NCBI GenBank assembly: GCA_018817715.1 | Contig: JAHITT010000001.1 | Location: 34,690-98,689, forward strand | Direction of reading: 5' to 3' | DNA from: Patescibacteria group bacterium | Lineage (GTDB): Bacteria; Patescibacteriota; Patescibacteriia; Veblenbacterales; UBA10138 | DNA length: 64,000 bases | Position numbers and translations under genes: made by a program | Notes under the pieces: model-generated | Told to the model about the DNA's origin: nothing | Database searches by the model: none | What the model saw: only the letters and a program-made list of their open reading frames with translations | Shown here: in pieces, positions 1 to 10,718 of the stretch | Layout: every line of letters starts with the position of its first letter | Position numbering within the stretch: position 1 is the first letter of the stretch

Positions 1-879
1 TACAAAACCAATTAACATCACAAAAATACTGGTAAACAAAAAACCTAATTCTTCAGCAATAATAGCAAAAATGGAATCGCCGGTTACCTCGGGCAAATAA
101 GCGTGCTTTTGCCTGGAATAACCTAAACCCAAACCAAAAAATCCACCCGAACCCACGGCCAATAAAGCCTGATTAATATGATAACCAATACCTTGCGGGT
201 CTAATTCTGGATGTAAAAAAACAGTTAAACGGGCGGCCCGATAAGGTTCTAATTTTATCATTAACCAAGCAAGCAAACTACCCGAACCAATCAAACCAGC
301 CAAATGACTTAAATTGGCGCCACTGGCTAGCAAAATAAAAAAAGCACTAACTCCAATAACCGAAGTGGTACCTAAATCACGCTGCAGTAAAACAAAAACT
401 AAAGTAAGACCAGTTATTAAAACAAAAGGCAAAATTCCTTCTTTAAATTTTTTTATCTGTTCACCCTTACCAGCTAACCAAGCTGATAAATAAATAATAA
501 AAGCCAATTTTAAAATTTCACTAGGCTGCAAGGAATTGCCAAACAAATGAATCCAACGCCGAGCACCACCGTATTCAAAACCAACACCTGGCACAAAAAC
601 TAAAAGCATTAAAAACAAAGTTACAATTAAAATAGGCATGGCTAACTGCCGTAATTTTTGATAAGGCAATCGACTAAAAGCCAAACACAAAATAAGCCCG
701 GGTCCCACACCGTACAGTAATTGCCTTTTTATATAATAATAACTGTCACCAAATTTATTAAAAGCCAACACCGAAGAAGCCGAGGCTAAAAAAATAAGAC
801 CGAACAACAATAAAAGACCCACGGCCACAATAAAAACATAATCGGGTCGATTGGCGGTTTGTAAAATTTTTTTATTCAT
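1..879 (-). CDS. ftsW: Cell division protein FtsW (SEDS family), 3' end outside the window
   Basis: Read by hand from ATG at 879 (MNKKILQTANRPDY...). Contains the SEDS motifs GARRWI, SLQPSEILK, QRDLGT, GYHINQALLAVGSGG and YLPEVTGDSIFA. Lies downstream of murD. Confidence 0.92.
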   Translation of the reverse strand, partial: MNKKILQTANRPDYVFIVAVGLLLLFGLIFLASASSVLAFNKFGDSYYYIKRQLLYGVGPGLILCLAFSRLPYQKLRQLAMPILIVTLFLMLLVFVPGVGFEYGGARRWIHLFGNSLQPSEILKLAFIIYLSAWLAGKGEQIKKFKEGILPFVLITGLTLVFVLLQRDLGTTSVIGVSAFFILLASGANLSHLAGLIGSGSLLAWLMIKLEPYRAARLTVFLHPELDPQGIGYHINQALLAVGSGGFFGLGLGYSRQKHAYLPEVTGDSIFAIIAEELGFLFTSIFVMLIGFV

Positions 880-891
880 TTTAAATTATTC

Positions 892-2313
892 TTAAACTAA
901 AGCTTTTACTTCTTTAATAAATTGCTGGCCCCTATCAAACTCGTGTTTAAATAAATTAAAACTAGCCGCCCCAGGCGACAGCAAAACCGTTCCCCCACTG
1001 GCCACACCTAAAGAACTATTAGCCAACTTAACCGCCTGTTTCATATTATCAACTTCCAAATACGGATAATCTTTAGGCAAAGCCGCTAGCAATTTAACCG
1101 TAGCTGTACCAGGTAATAAAATTAAAACCACCTGATTTATAACTATCTGCTTGGCCAATCCTTTATACTCTAAATTCTTGTCTTGTCCGCCGGCAATTAA
1201 AGACACCGCCTGACCAGCCAAAGTTTTAAGGGCCGCTATAGTAGCTACCGGCGCCGTAGCGGTTGTATCGTTATAATAATACCGACCCTTAAACTGCCTA
1301 ACTAACTCTAAACGATCGTGCAAACCTTTATAATTACGCAAAGTTTTAGCAATCTTACTAGCTGGTAAACCAATTAAACGACCAGCCGCTACCGCCGCTA
1401 AAATATTAGCCAAATTATGCTGGCCTTTAAGCTTAACATCAGCCACTGACATAATTTTTTCTATTTTTTTATTTTGCCAATAAATAAAATTGTTTTTTAT
1501 ATAACAGCCCCGCCTAACCGGTTTAATTAAAGAAAACCAATAAACTTTAGCCTTAGTTTGTTTGGCTAAAGCCCGGGTTCTTACATTATCATAATTTAAG
1601 ACTGCTTGATCAGTGACTTTTTGCCAACGTACTAAAACCGCCTTGGCTTTTACATAATGCGCCAAAGAATCATAACGATTCAAATGATCCGGCAAAATAT
1701 TGGTAATAACAGCCAGCGGCACTCTTTGTTTGTGCAAATCCATTACTTCCAATTGCCAACTAGATAACTCCAAAATTAACCGACTATGTCGGTTAATTTT
1801 CTTTAAAGCTTCAAACATCACCGTATCGCGTATATTGCCGGCCACCAAGCTATTAACAAAGGTAGATTTAACCATTTGTCCTAACAAACTAACGGTGGTG
1901 GACTTACCCTTACTGCCGGTAATTGCTACTAAATGCTGGCTGGGACAAATTTTTAAAAATAAACTAGCTTCATTTTCTATAGGAATATTTTTTTGTCTGG
2001 CTAATTTAAGTATCTTGGCTTCCCTGGGCACCGCTGGATTTTGAATTATTAAATCACAATTTTTAAGCAAAGTTATAGGTTGTTTTCCCAAAACCAATTG
2101 TAATCTTGATGAACGCTTTAATTTTTTTAAACTTGATTGAAGTTCCAATGAATTTTTAAAATCACTAATTGTCACTAAGGCACCTTGGCTAAGCAACCAA
2201 TTAGCCACCGCCAAACCGCCACCATGTAAACCCAAACCTAAAACCAAAACCCTTAATTTTTTAAAACCAGCTACTGTAGGCATATTTTTAAAAACCTTTG
2301 TCCAACAAAGCAA
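892..2313 (-). CDS. murD: UDP-N-acetylmuramoylalanine--D-glutamate ligase
   Basis: Motifs AITGSKGKSTT, ELSSWQL, DHLNRY, NDTTAT, GGQDK and LLSPGAASF; mraY-murD-ftsW order. True start is probably ATG at 2283. Confidence 0.93.
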   Translation of the reverse strand: MLCWTKVFKNMPTVAGFKKLRVLVLGLGLHGGGLAVANWLLSQGALVTISDFKNSLELQSSLKKLKRSSRLQLVLGKQPITLLKNCDLIIQNPAVPREAKILKLARQKNIPIENEASLFLKICPSQHLVAITGSKGKSTTVSLLGQMVKSTFVNSLVAGNIRDTVMFEALKKINRHSRLILELSSWQLEVMDLHKQRVPLAVITNILPDHLNRYDSLAHYVKAKAVLVRWQKVTDQAVLNYDNVRTRALAKQTKAKVYWFSLIKPVRRGCYIKNNFIYWQNKKIEKIMSVADVKLKGQHNLANILAAVAAGRLIGLPASKIAKTLRNYKGLHDRLELVRQFKGRYYYNDTTATAPVATIAALKTLAGQAVSLIAGGQDKNLEYKGLAKQIVINQVVLILLPGTATVKLLAALPKDYPYLEVDNMKQAVKLANSSLGVASGGTVLLSPGAASFNLFKHEFDRGQQFIKEVKALV

Positions 2314-3322
2314 TTATTAAACCAGTGGCCGCCATTACTCCAGCAATTACCCAAAAACGCATAACTATCTTAGGTTCCGGCCAACCAATAGCCTCCAAAT
2401 GATGGTGCAAAGGGGCTGACAAAAAAATTTTCTTGCCACGTATCTTTTTGGACAACACCTGAAGAATCACCGATAACGATTCTAAAACAAAAACCAAACC
2501 GATAATCGGCAACAATAAAACACTATTAGTTAACATAGCCACAATACCTAAAGTAACCCCTAAAGACATCGCACCGGTATCACCCATAAAAAATCGGGCT
2601 GGATTTATGTTAAACCATAAAAAAGCCAATAAACTGCCAACAATCACTCCACAAAAAGTCGCTAAATCATATTTACCCTGTAAAAACGCAATAGCACCAA
2701 AAGCACCAAAAGCTGTTAATAAAGTCCCGCCAGCCAAACCATCTAAACCATCAGTTTCGTTAACCGAAAAAGAAGTGGCCACAATAATAAAAATAAAAAT
2801 TGGAATATACCACCAATTCACTCCGACATTACCCACAAAAGGAATATGCAGAACATCCCAATCCAATTTAAAATAAAACCACCAGGCACCCACTAAAGAA
2901 ATAGCTGTATAAATAAGCAAACGGTGCTTCATACTTAAACCACCACCTTTGGGCCCAAAACCTTTAATGTTAAACCAATCATCCACCAGGCCCACAATGG
3001 CCGAAGCCACCAAAGCGCCCAAGGGCAACAATGTTTCACTACGGGTTAAAAAGTTTAAACCCCAACCAAACCAAACATCTAAATAAAAAAACAGCAAAGC
3101 TAAAACTAAAACAGTCAGCCAAATTAAAACCCCGCCCATAGTCGGTGTACCATTTTTATTTTTATGCAAAGCCGACATAATCGGCGCACTATCAGAATCC
3201 CTAACCTGCTTGCCTAAGCGGTAACGATATAAAAAATGAGTTAAAATCGGCGTCCAACTTAAAGCCACCAAAAAAGAAACTATAGTTAAAAAAATTACTT
3301 CAAAAATAGCGCTAAAAAACAT
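2288..3322 (-). CDS. mraY: Phospho-N-acetylmuramoyl-pentapeptide transferase
   Basis: Motifs KNGTPTMGG, NETDGLDGLA, FMGDTG and APLHHHLE; multi-pass membrane protein. Confidence 0.96.
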   Translation of the reverse strand: MFFSAIFEVIFLTIVSFLVALSWTPILTHFLYRYRLGKQVRDSDSAPIMSALHKNKNGTPTMGGVLIWLTVLVLALLFFYLDVWFGWGLNFLTRSETLLPLGALVASAIVGLVDDWFNIKGFGPKGGGLSMKHRLLIYTAISLVGAWWFYFKLDWDVLHIPFVGNVGVNWWYIPIFIFIIVATSFSVNETDGLDGLAGGTLLTAFGAFGAIAFLQGKYDLATFCGVIVGSLLAFLWFNINPARFFMGDTGAMSLGVTLGIVAMLTNSVLLLPIIGLVFVLESLSVILQVLSKKIRGKKIFLSAPLHHHLEAIGWPEPKIVMRFWVIAGVMAATGLIIALLDKGF

Positions 3323-3329
3323 AAGCCTT

Positions 3330-3716
3330 TTAAGTATTAATCCAAACCAATAACATAGTTAAGCCAAACCAACCAGCTGTTAAAATTAAACCGCACCACA
3401 ACCACAACTGCTTTAAGAATAAAGTCCGCCGACCCAAGGTATAAGCCAATAAAACATTAGCCACCATAAACAAGGTACCTAAAACTGGTACTAAATATAA
3501 ATAACGCGGCTCAGCTAACCAGTTCGGGCCTAAAACAACCGAATACCTAATAACACTCAACTCGGCCTGCTGGGGCAACACCAACCACAAAACCAGCCAG
3601 CTACTTATAGCCATTAAGAAAGTTAAACTAACCGGTAGCCACACCAGCCTTTGTCGCCAAAAAGACCGCCAACTTTCTTTTCGCCACTGCCAAAAAATTA
3701 TTTTTTTACCAAACAT
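3330..3716 (-). CDS. Small 3-TM membrane protein of unknown function
   Basis: 128 aa with three hydrophobic segments; first gene of the mraY operon. Confidence 0.7.
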   Translation of the reverse strand: MFGKKIIFWQWRKESWRSFWRQRLVWLPVSLTFLMAISSWLVLWLVLPQQAELSVIRYSVVLGPNWLAEPRYLYLVPVLGTLFMVANVLLAYTLGRRTLFLKQLWLWCGLILTAGWFGLTMLLVWINT

Positions 3717-3732
3717 AAAGGTTTACTCACTA

Positions 3733-3809
3733 ATTGTAGCTAGTTACCACCTATTTTGGCAAACCCTCCAAATACTTTTATTGTCCAGCCAAACAACTTT
3801 TGGTATACT
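3733..3809. promoter_or_regulatory. Divergent sigma70-type promoters for the mraY operon (-) and the pilus operon (+)
   Basis: + strand: TTGTCC-N17-TATACT with extended TG (3781-3809). - strand: TTGCCA-N18-TACAAT (3762-3733). Confidence 0.55.
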
Positions 3810-3846
3810 CAAGTCAAGTGGCCTTTAAATTAGCCTTTAAAATAAT

Positions 3847-5583
3847 ATGCTAAACCAAAATCTACTTTATAAAGCCTTGCTTAATAACCAGCTTTTGCCA
3901 ACGGCCAAGCTCGCTAAAGCTAAACAAGATTGCCTTAAGCAAGGCATAAATTTAGAAACATTTTTAATAGACAACAAATTAATCAAGGAACCAGACCTAT
4001 ACCAGGCCATGGCCAAAGAATTAAGAATACCTTATGTTGATTTACACACTACTGTTATTCGTAAAGATATCCTATTGGCCGTACCAGAACCAATTGCCGA
4101 ATCGCACCAACTGGTCGCCTATGACAAAGATGAAACCTCAGTAAAAATTGCCGCTACCGAACCAGATGACTTACAGACTATTGAATTTTTGGCAAAAAAA
4201 TTCAATAGTCAAATTGATATTGCCTTAACCTCTCCCACTTCCCTAAAGCAGGCTCTGCAACAATATCATAAAAGTTTAAAAGCTGAATTTGCCGAACTAA
4301 CCAATCCGGCTAAACCCTCCACACCCAATCCAGATAAACCGGCTGAATTAAAAAAACTAGCCGAAGATTTACCGGTTATAAGAATAGTCGACACTCTTTT
4401 GGAATATGCTGTTTTTGAACGTGCCTCCGACATACATGTTGAACCAACTGAACAAGAAGTTATTGTTCGTTATCGGGTGGATGGCCTGTTGCGCGATGTT
4501 ATGTCTTTACCCAAAGAGGCCCAAGACGGTTTAACCGCTCGTATAAAAATTCTAGCCAACCTTAAGCTGGACGAACACCGCTTGCCTCAAGATGGCCGTT
4601 TTAAAATTAAAACCAAAGACTACCAATTCTCTTTCCGCGTTTCCATTATTCCAGTGTTTGACGGTGAAAAGATAGTCTTACGTTTACTCCAAGAATCCGG
4701 CCAAGCCCTAACCTTGGAACAACTAGGACTACAACCAAACCCTCTGACCATTCTAAAAAGAAATATTGATAAACCACACGGCATGATTTTGGTTACCGGC
4801 CCGACCGGCAGTGGTAAAACAACTACTTTATATTCTGTTCTAAACGTACTTAATACCAACGACGTTAATATTTCCACCATTGAAGATCCGATTGAATACC
4901 GCTTGCCCCGCCTTAACCAAAGCCAAGTTTCCCCGCGCATCGGTTTTACTTTTGCCAATGGTTTACGCTCCTTATTAAGGCAAGACCCGGATATTATTAT
5001 GGTAGGTGAAATTCGTGATTTAGAAACAGCCGAAATTGCCATTCATGCCGCCATGACCGGCCACTTGGTTTTATCCACCCTACATACTAACGATGCGGTT
5101 GGCACTTTACCCAGACTACTAGACATGGGTATTGCTCCCTTTTTAGTTGCCTCCACCACCAATATAATTGTGGCTCAACGTTTGGTTAGAAAAATTTGCG
5201 GCAACTGTGCCACCAGTTATAAATTAAACAAAAAAAATCTTGATGATCTGGCTAAACAAATTAACCTAGCTAATATTTTAAGTACTTTAAAACGGGAAAA
5301 TGTCATAAAAACAACCGGCAAAACTTTAGAAAATCTAACTTTTAAAAAAGGTGCCGGTTGCAAGCAATGTAATAACCAAGGCTACCGCGGTCGCTTAGGT
5401 ATTTACGAACTATTTGAGATCACCGCCTCGGTGGCTCAACTTATTTTAAATCGGGCTTCGGCCAACGAATTAAAAAAAGAAGCTCAAAAACAAAATATGT
5501 TGACAATGCTGGAAGACGGTTTTATAAAAGCCGTGCAAGGCATTACTTCTATCGAAGAAGTCCTGCGCGTAACCATGGATTAA
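3847..5583 (+). CDS. pilB: Type IV pilus assembly ATPase PilB/GspE
   Basis: Motifs ASDIHVEP, RLPQDGR, Walker A GPTGSGKTT, TIEDPIE, LRQDPDIIMVGEIRD and tetracysteine Zn motif. Confidence 0.95.
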   Translation: MLNQNLLYKALLNNQLLPTAKLAKAKQDCLKQGINLETFLIDNKLIKEPDLYQAMAKELRIPYVDLHTTVIRKDILLAVPEPIAESHQLVAYDKDETSVKIAATEPDDLQTIEFLAKKFNSQIDIALTSPTSLKQALQQYHKSLKAEFAELTNPAKPSTPNPDKPAELKKLAEDLPVIRIVDTLLEYAVFERASDIHVEPTEQEVIVRYRVDGLLRDVMSLPKEAQDGLTARIKILANLKLDEHRLPQDGRFKIKTKDYQFSFRVSIIPVFDGEKIVLRLLQESGQALTLEQLGLQPNPLTILKRNIDKPHGMILVTGPTGSGKTTTLYSVLNVLNTNDVNISTIEDPIEYRLPRLNQSQVSPRIGFTFANGLRSLLRQDPDIIMVGEIRDLETAEIAIHAAMTGHLVLSTLHTNDAVGTLPRLLDMGIAPFLVASTTNIIVAQRLVRKICGNCATSYKLNKKNLDDLAKQINLANILSTLKRENVIKTTGKTLENLTFKKGAGCKQCNNQGYRGRLGIYELFEITASVAQLILNRASANELKKEAQKQNMLTMLEDGFIKAVQGITSIEEVLRVTMD

Positions 5584-5587
5584 TTTT

Positions 5588-6811
5588 ATGCAATTCAATT
5601 ATAAAGCTCGTCGCTCGGACGGTAGTTTACACAGTGGACAATTAGAGGCCCCTTCCGAACATGAATTAGCCGCTCTATTGCATGAGCAAAATTTAATTTT
5701 AACCCAAGCTGAACCGACGGTTAAAAATTCTTTTTTTAAAAACAATAAAATCAACTTCAATATCACTCTGGGTAAACCAGTATCCGTAGTCGATAAAATA
5801 TTTTTTACACAAAATCTTCAGGTTATGATAAAAGCCGGTTTGGCTTTAGCCCAAGCGCTTAAAACACTAACCAACCAAACCAGCAATAAACAACTTAAAC
5901 AAATTTTAGTAACCATTTCCAACGAAGTAGACAAAGGTTCTTCTTTAGCCGACAGTTTAGCTAAATTTCCTAAAGTTTGGCCGGATATCTTTGTTAATAT
6001 GATTCAAGCCGGCGAAAAAAGCGGCCGCTTAGAAGAAGTTTTAGGCCAATTAACAATCCAACTAAGAAAAAACCACGCTCTGATTAGTAAAGTAAAAAAC
6101 GCTCTAACCTACCCGATTGTTGTGGTGGTGGCCATGGTGGGTATAGGTGTTGGTATGATTATTTTTGTTATTCCCAAAATAATGGCTGTTTTTCAAGAAG
6201 TAAACGCCACCTTGCCCTTACCCACCAGAATACTTATTTCCCTAAGTGATTTTGTCGTTAATAATGGTTGGTGGTTATTAATAGGCTTAACTATTGGTTT
6301 AATTACCTTAATAAAACTGTGGCGTACCGAAAAAGGACGCTGGCTGGGGCACGGTCTATTGTTAAAATTACCTATTTTTAAAAATATTCTGCAAAAAATA
6401 AACTTGGCTAAATTCTGTCGCACTTTATCTTCCTTGCTAAAAACCGACATACCCATTGTACAAGCTTTCCAAATAACCGCTTCCACTCTAGGCAATGTTC
6501 GCTACCGACAAGCAGTTAACCAAACCGGCCAACGCTTAAGTAAGGGCACAGCCATTGCTACCATTATGGCCGAACATAGTAAACTTTTCCCTGGGTTAGT
6601 AATCCAAATGACGGCCGTGGGTGAACAAACTGGTACTTTAGATTCCGTCCTAACTGAATTAGCAGCTTTTTATGAAGAGGATGTCGACCGCACTATGTCT
6701 AATTTATCTACTATTATTGAACCTATTTTAATGTTGCTATTAGGTTTAGCCGTCGGTGGGTTGGCCGTTTCCATAATTTTACCCATGTATTCATTGACTC
6801 AAAGCTTATAA
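5588..6811 (+). CDS. pilC: Type IV pilus platform protein PilC/GspF
   Basis: Two T2SSF repeats (AGEKSGRL...ALTYP and VGEQTGTLD...IIEP); follows pilB. Confidence 0.95.
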   Translation: MQFNYKARRSDGSLHSGQLEAPSEHELAALLHEQNLILTQAEPTVKNSFFKNNKINFNITLGKPVSVVDKIFFTQNLQVMIKAGLALAQALKTLTNQTSNKQLKQILVTISNEVDKGSSLADSLAKFPKVWPDIFVNMIQAGEKSGRLEEVLGQLTIQLRKNHALISKVKNALTYPIVVVVAMVGIGVGMIIFVIPKIMAVFQEVNATLPLPTRILISLSDFVVNNGWWLLIGLTIGLITLIKLWRTEKGRWLGHGLLLKLPIFKNILQKINLAKFCRTLSSLLKTDIPIVQAFQITASTLGNVRYRQAVNQTGQRLSKGTAIATIMAEHSKLFPGLVIQMTAVGEQTGTLDSVLTELAAFYEEDVDRTMSNLSTIIEPILMLLLGLAVGGLAVSIILPMYSLTQSL

Positions 6812-6820
6812 TCCTCCTTC

Positions 6821-8626
6821 ATGGTCTGGCCAAATAAAAACCAACCTCCCTCCGGTGTTACTTTATTACAAGCCCTCTTGGGTCTAGCTTTGTTCACGGT
6901 TATTACTTTAAGCCTCTATGACGTTTACTTGCAATTAACTAAGTCTGTTAAAAAAAATCGCTTGGTAACGGCGGCCACTTTACTGGCCACGGAAAAAATG
7001 GAAGTGGTGCGCAACCTACCTTATCAATCGGTCGGTTTAGTTAATGGTTTGCCCAGCGGCAGTTTACCGGCCGACAGCTTAGACAGTAAAGATAATGTAA
7101 TTTTTACTGTTCAATACAACGTGCGTAATATTGATGATCCTTTTGATGGCACAATTGGCGGCTTACCCAACGATACGGCGCCGGCCGATTACAAACAAGT
7201 TACCGTAACAGTCAGCTGCTCCACTTGCCTACCCTTTTTTAATCCAGTCAGCCTAACTACTATAGTAGCGCCCAAAAATTTGGAAAACACCGGCAATAAC
7301 GGCGCTTTAATAATTAAAGCTATTAACGCCAGCGGCCAACCAATTAACGGCGCGCTGGTCCATATAACCAACTCCACCGTCAGTCCAATTATTGATCTAA
7401 CCGACACCACTGACAACCAAGGAAATCTTTTACTAGTGGATGTACCGCCGGCTCAGGAATCATATCGCATCGTTGTTAGTAAAACCGGCTATTCCACCGA
7501 CCGCACTTATGCCCCGGATGATCCAATAGTAATAAACCCGGTAAAAACAGATGCTACCGTGATTGCTCAAGAAGTTACCAGCCTGACTTTTGCTATTGAC
7601 CTATTAAGTCAACTTAACATTTCAACCATCAATTCTACCTGCGAGGCTATCGCCAACATACCCTTTAATCTTCAAGGTGCTAAATTAATATCCCAATCAC
7701 CCGCTGTTTACAAATATAACCAAAATTTAACCACTGACACTAATGGACTTAAAACCTTAACTAATTTAGAATGGGATTCCTATTTAATCTCTCCGACCAG
7801 CGCTTCTTACGAATTAAGAGGTACCATCCCACCCTTGCCGCTTAATTTATCACCAGCTTCTAACCAAAATTTAAACCTGGTTATGCAAACCAGCACACCT
7901 CATAGCGTGTTGCTAATAGTCAAAGACGCCAGCACCCAACTGCCGTTGTCCGGCGCCGCTGTTAAACTAACCAAAGCTAGTTGGTCAGAAACAATCTTAA
8001 CCAGCCGAGGCTATCTTACCCAAACAGAATGGAAACAAGGTCCGGGTCAAGAAAATTTTATTAACAGCGAAAAATATTTCAGTGATGATGGCCATATAGA
8101 AACCAGTAGTCCAGCCGGCCAACTTAAATTAAAAAAAGTCGGTAATAGTTATGTAACAGACGGCTGGTTAATCTCCTCCACTTTTGACGCCGGTGCCGCG
8201 GCCAGCCCGGCCACCGTTGCTTGGCAACCCGGTGATCAACCAGCCAGCAGCGGCAGTCAACCCATAAAAATACAACTGGCTAGTAACAACGATCAAATCA
8301 CTTGGAATTTTGTCGGCCCTGACGGTACAGCTAATACTTTTTACACAGCTAGTAACCAAACTATTGGCACGCAACATAATGGTGACCGTTATTTGCGCTA
8401 TAAAGTTTATTTAAGTACGGCCGATGATAAAGTAACACCTAATTTGTCCGATATTAGCTTAACTTATGCTTCACAGTGTATTCCCCCAGGCCAGGCCTTT
8501 TTTACCAAACTAACCAGCGCCACTTATGACGTAGAAATTTCTTTAACTAATTACCAAACCCTTACTACCCAGGCCGACTTATCCCCTAATTGGACTAGTT
8601 TAGAAATCAGTCTGTTACCAAATTAA
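6821..8626 (+). CDS. PilV-like minor pilin fused to a large beta-rich extracellular region
   Basis: Prepilin-like G|VTLLQ followed by a hydrophobic helix, A..LA.EKME.VRN.PY, and DYKQVTVTVS; carboxypeptidase-regulatory-like repeats follow. Confidence 0.75.
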   Translation: MVWPNKNQPPSGVTLLQALLGLALFTVITLSLYDVYLQLTKSVKKNRLVTAATLLATEKMEVVRNLPYQSVGLVNGLPSGSLPADSLDSKDNVIFTVQYNVRNIDDPFDGTIGGLPNDTAPADYKQVTVTVSCSTCLPFFNPVSLTTIVAPKNLENTGNNGALIIKAINASGQPINGALVHITNSTVSPIIDLTDTTDNQGNLLLVDVPPAQESYRIVVSKTGYSTDRTYAPDDPIVINPVKTDATVIAQEVTSLTFAIDLLSQLNISTINSTCEAIANIPFNLQGAKLISQSPAVYKYNQNLTTDTNGLKTLTNLEWDSYLISPTSASYELRGTIPPLPLNLSPASNQNLNLVMQTSTPHSVLLIVKDASTQLPLSGAAVKLTKASWSETILTSRGYLTQTEWKQGPGQENFINSEKYFSDDGHIETSSPAGQLKLKKVGNSYVTDGWLISSTFDAGAAASPATVAWQPGDQPASSGSQPIKIQLASNNDQITWNFVGPDGTANTFYTASNQTIGTQHNGDRYLRYKVYLSTADDKVTPNLSDISLTYASQCIPPGQAFFTKLTSATYDVEISLTNYQTLTTQADLSPNWTSLEISLLPN

Positions 8627-8627
8627 T

Positions 8628-9245
8628 ATGTTCCCGACCAATAAAAAATCTAACCAATCAGGTTTTACCATCTTAGAAACAGTTTTAGCTTTGGCTATTG
8701 TGGCTTTAGTTTTTTTGTCCTTAGGCTCTTTAGTCACCTCTATTCTTCGCTCCAGCCATGATATGAACCTTACCCTATTAAGCCACGATCAATCCAGATT
8801 GGCTTTAAATAAATTAACCACTGAATTAAGACGCGCTTCTGTATCATCTTTAGGTAGTTATCCTATCGCTCAAGCCACCGACCAATCTTTAACTTTTTAC
8901 GCCAACCTGGATTCAACAAGTGACAAAGAAAAAATAACTTACTTTAGCGATGGCACAACTCTTAAACGATCTGTTACCAAACCCAGTGGCACCCCCTTAA
9001 ACTATCAAACCGGCAATACTATAACCGACGAATTAGTTTACAATTTAACCAATGCCACCACGATTTTTTCTTATTACAACAATGATTACAACGGCCAAAG
9101 TGCTCCTTTAAGCACCCCGGTTAACCTAAACGATGTTCGGCTGATAAAAATAACTTTAATAGTTGACGCCACGCCCAACCAACTTCCCTTGCCTTATACC
9201 TTGTCGACCCAGGTTAATTTAAGAAACCTAAAAGACAACTTATGA
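8628..9245 (+). CDS. Prepilin-type minor pilin (PilW/GspJ-like)
   Basis: Class III signal SG|FTILE and C-terminal LSTQVNLRN. Confidence 0.85.
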   Translation: MFPTNKKSNQSGFTILETVLALAIVALVFLSLGSLVTSILRSSHDMNLTLLSHDQSRLALNKLTTELRRASVSSLGSYPIAQATDQSLTFYANLDSTSDKEKITYFSDGTTLKRSVTKPSGTPLNYQTGNTITDELVYNLTNATTIFSYYNNDYNGQSAPLSTPVNLNDVRLIKITLIVDATPNQLPLPYTLSTQVNLRNLKDNL

Positions 9246-10693
9246 TAAAAGCCCGTACCTACAAACTACCAGCCGGCGACATAATATTATTTTCTCTTTT
9301 TTTTGGGGCAATTGGTTTAATAATCTTGGGCGGTTTTGTTAACTGGAGTCTGGGAGTTAGTCGTTTAAGCCGAGCCCGTTTAAATAGTGAAAAAGCCTTT
9401 CAACTGGCCGAGGCTGGCTTAAATTATTATCGCTGGCATTTAGCCCACGCCCCGCAAGATTTTCAAGACGGCTTGAGTCAGCCCGGGCCCTATGTTCATG
9501 AATTTAAAGATATTAATGGTAATTTACTGGGTTACTTTAGTTTAAACATTACCCCGCCGCCAGTTGGTTCCACTTTGGTAACTGTTGATGCCACTGGCTA
9601 CACCACTTTGAACTCACAACAAAAAAGAACCCTGCGCGGCCAATTTGCCAGGCCCAGCTTGGCTCGTTTTGCTATTGTAGCCAACAGTGATATACGCTTT
9701 GGCGCCGGAACAATAGTTACCGGCCCCTTACACAGTAACGGCGGTATCCGCTTTGACGGTCGGGCAGAAAACCTGGTTACCAGTGCTAAATCAACTTACG
9801 ATGATCCCGACCATACCGGCGGTTTAGAGTTTGGCGTCCACACCCACTTAAGCCCAACCGATCCTTTGCCGCCAACCGCCGTACCCAGCCGACCGGATGT
9901 TTTTGTGGTCGGCCGACAATTTCCTGTACCAACCGTAGATTTTGACGGTTTAGCCTCGGATTTGGCAACCATCAAAAGCCAAGCCATCGCCGACGGCTTA
10001 TATTTGGCAGCTTCCGGCTACTTGGGTTATCGCCTGGTTTTAAAAACCAATGGCCAATTTGATTTGTATCAAATTAAAATTTTACAAAGCCCGCCTAGTA
10101 GCTGGTGCTACAATTCTTTAAACCAAACGGGCTGGGGCACCTGGAGCATCAGCTCGGCGCCTAATGCTCAAATTTTTTTAGGTACTTATAGCTACCCCAA
10201 CAACGGCCTAATATTTTTAGAAGACAATGTTTGGTTGGAAGGACAAATTAGTAATCAAAAACTTACTATTGCCTCAGCCCGCTTTCCCGAAAACCCCAAC
10301 ACTAATACTTCGATTACTGTTAACAATAATTTAGTTTACTCAAACTTGAATGGTAATGATATTCTATCTTTAATGGCTCAAAATAATATTAACGTCGGGT
10401 TGAATAGTGCTGATAATTTAAAAATAGATGCCGCTTTAGTAGCTAAAAACGGTCGAATTGGTCGTTATTATTATGGCTCGTCCTGCGGTTCTAGTTATGT
10501 TAGGCAAACCCTTACCTTAAACGGTATGTTAGCTTCCAGTTTACGTTACGGTTTTGCCTACACCGATAGCACCGGTTATCAAAATCGCCTAATAAATTAT
10601 GACTCTAATTTACTTTATAACCCACCGCCCAGTTTCCCCTTAACCAGCGACCAATATAGTCTGATTGATTGGCAAGAAATAAAACCTAATTAA
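9242..10693 (+). CDS. PilX-like minor pilin with a large C-terminal domain
   Basis: N-terminal TM helix and AFQLAEAGLNYYRW motif; ATGA coupling to the upstream pilin. Confidence 0.8.
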   Translation: MIKARTYKLPAGDIILFSLFFGAIGLIILGGFVNWSLGVSRLSRARLNSEKAFQLAEAGLNYYRWHLAHAPQDFQDGLSQPGPYVHEFKDINGNLLGYFSLNITPPPVGSTLVTVDATGYTTLNSQQKRTLRGQFARPSLARFAIVANSDIRFGAGTIVTGPLHSNGGIRFDGRAENLVTSAKSTYDDPDHTGGLEFGVHTHLSPTDPLPPTAVPSRPDVFVVGRQFPVPTVDFDGLASDLATIKSQAIADGLYLAASGYLGYRLVLKTNGQFDLYQIKILQSPPSSWCYNSLNQTGWGTWSISSAPNAQIFLGTYSYPNNGLIFLEDNVWLEGQISNQKLTIASARFPENPNTNTSITVNNNLVYSNLNGNDILSLMAQNNINVGLNSADNLKIDAALVAKNGRIGRYYYGSSCGSSYVRQTLTLNGMLASSLRYGFAYTDSTGYQNRLINYDSNLLYNPPPSFPLTSDQYSLIDWQEIKPN

Positions 10694-10718
10694 TAAAATT
10701 TTATGCTATACTAAATTT

